DNA of 64,000 bases, from NCBI GenBank assembly GCA_964401385.1, contig CAYNYF010000009.1:461-64460 (forward strand), read 5' to 3'. The position numbers and the translations under genes are program-made. Positions 63,619-64,000 of this stretch are shown here, in pieces. The stretch is from an uncultured Planctomycetaceae bacterium. GTDB taxonomy: Bacteria; Planctomycetota; Phycisphaerae; SM23-33. Numbering within the stretch: position 1 is the stretch's first letter; each line of letters opens with the position of its first letter. Under the pieces are notes generated by a model. It saw only the letters and a program-made list of their open reading frames with translations, searched no databases and was not told where the DNA came from.

Positions 63619-64000
63619 CTAGCTGTCGGGCTGATCCAGCCCGCCGTAGCGGCGGTGGCGCTCGGCATAGGCGTGGATCGCCTTGTGGAACTCCGCCTCG
63701 TCGAAGTCCGGCCAGAGCCTGTCGGTCACGTAGATCTCGGCGTAGGAAATCTGCCAGAGCAGGAAGTTGCTCAGTCGCATTTCCCCGGCCGTGCGGATCA
63801 GCAGGTCCGGGTCGGTGATGCCGGCCGTGCCGAGGGAATCGCTGATGAGCTGCTCGTCCACGGCCTCGGGGGCGATCTCGCCGGCGACGGCGCGGCGGAC
63901 GATGTCGGCGACGGCGCCGGCCATCTCCACCCGCCCGCCGTAGTTCAGCGCCAGGCACAACCACATGCCGGTGTTGCCGCTGGAGGCCGCTACCGAGACG
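63619..64000 (-). CDS. uppS: Undecaprenyl diphosphate synthase, 3' part
   Basis: ALNYGGR, DPDLLIRTAGEMRLSNFLLWQISYAE, LWPDF, RRYGG. Confidence 0.95.
   Translation of the reverse strand, partial: VSVAASSGNTGMWLCLALNYGGRVEMAGAVADIVRRAVAGEIAPEAVDEQLISDSLGTAGITDPDLLIRTAGEMRLSNFLLWQISYAEIYVTDRLWPDFDEAEFHKAIHAYAERHRRYGGLDQPDS

Overview
GC-rich bacterial chromosome segment, probably Planctomycetota/Phycisphaerae-like (inferred from gene content only). About 1-40.7 kb is the right part of a lambdoid-type prophage lying next to the 3' end of an initiator tRNA-fMet gene (40697-40770, minus strand). From left to right it carries: head genes (portal, gpW-like, terminase); a counter-oriented small-gene operon; a ParB-methylase and HNH; a repeat-rich origin-like region; a primase-helicase replication/recombination block; a phage sigma factor with unknown upstream regulators; a ~15.5 kb defence island; and a DUF2924/serine-recombinase module. 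The island contains a type I R-M system with Shedu, a trypsin-like protease and a DUF488x2/dual-OB cassette nested between its genes, followed by DruA-like, NurA, HerA and HEPN genes. 41-64 kb is host housekeeping sequence (PPi-PFK, aconitase, gpsA, GH20, two tandem cation/H+ antiporters, arfB, uppS). The most notable observations are: (1) an exactly spaced 38-bp bipartite motif present three times, upstream of the recombinase, replication and head modules, a candidate regulon for the phage sigma factor; (2) a translationally coupled DruA-NurA-HerA(-HEPN) cluster with no other Druantia genes; (3) a duplicated hsdR 5' end marking cassette insertion into the R-M operon. All calls come from reading motifs by eye; no database searches were run.
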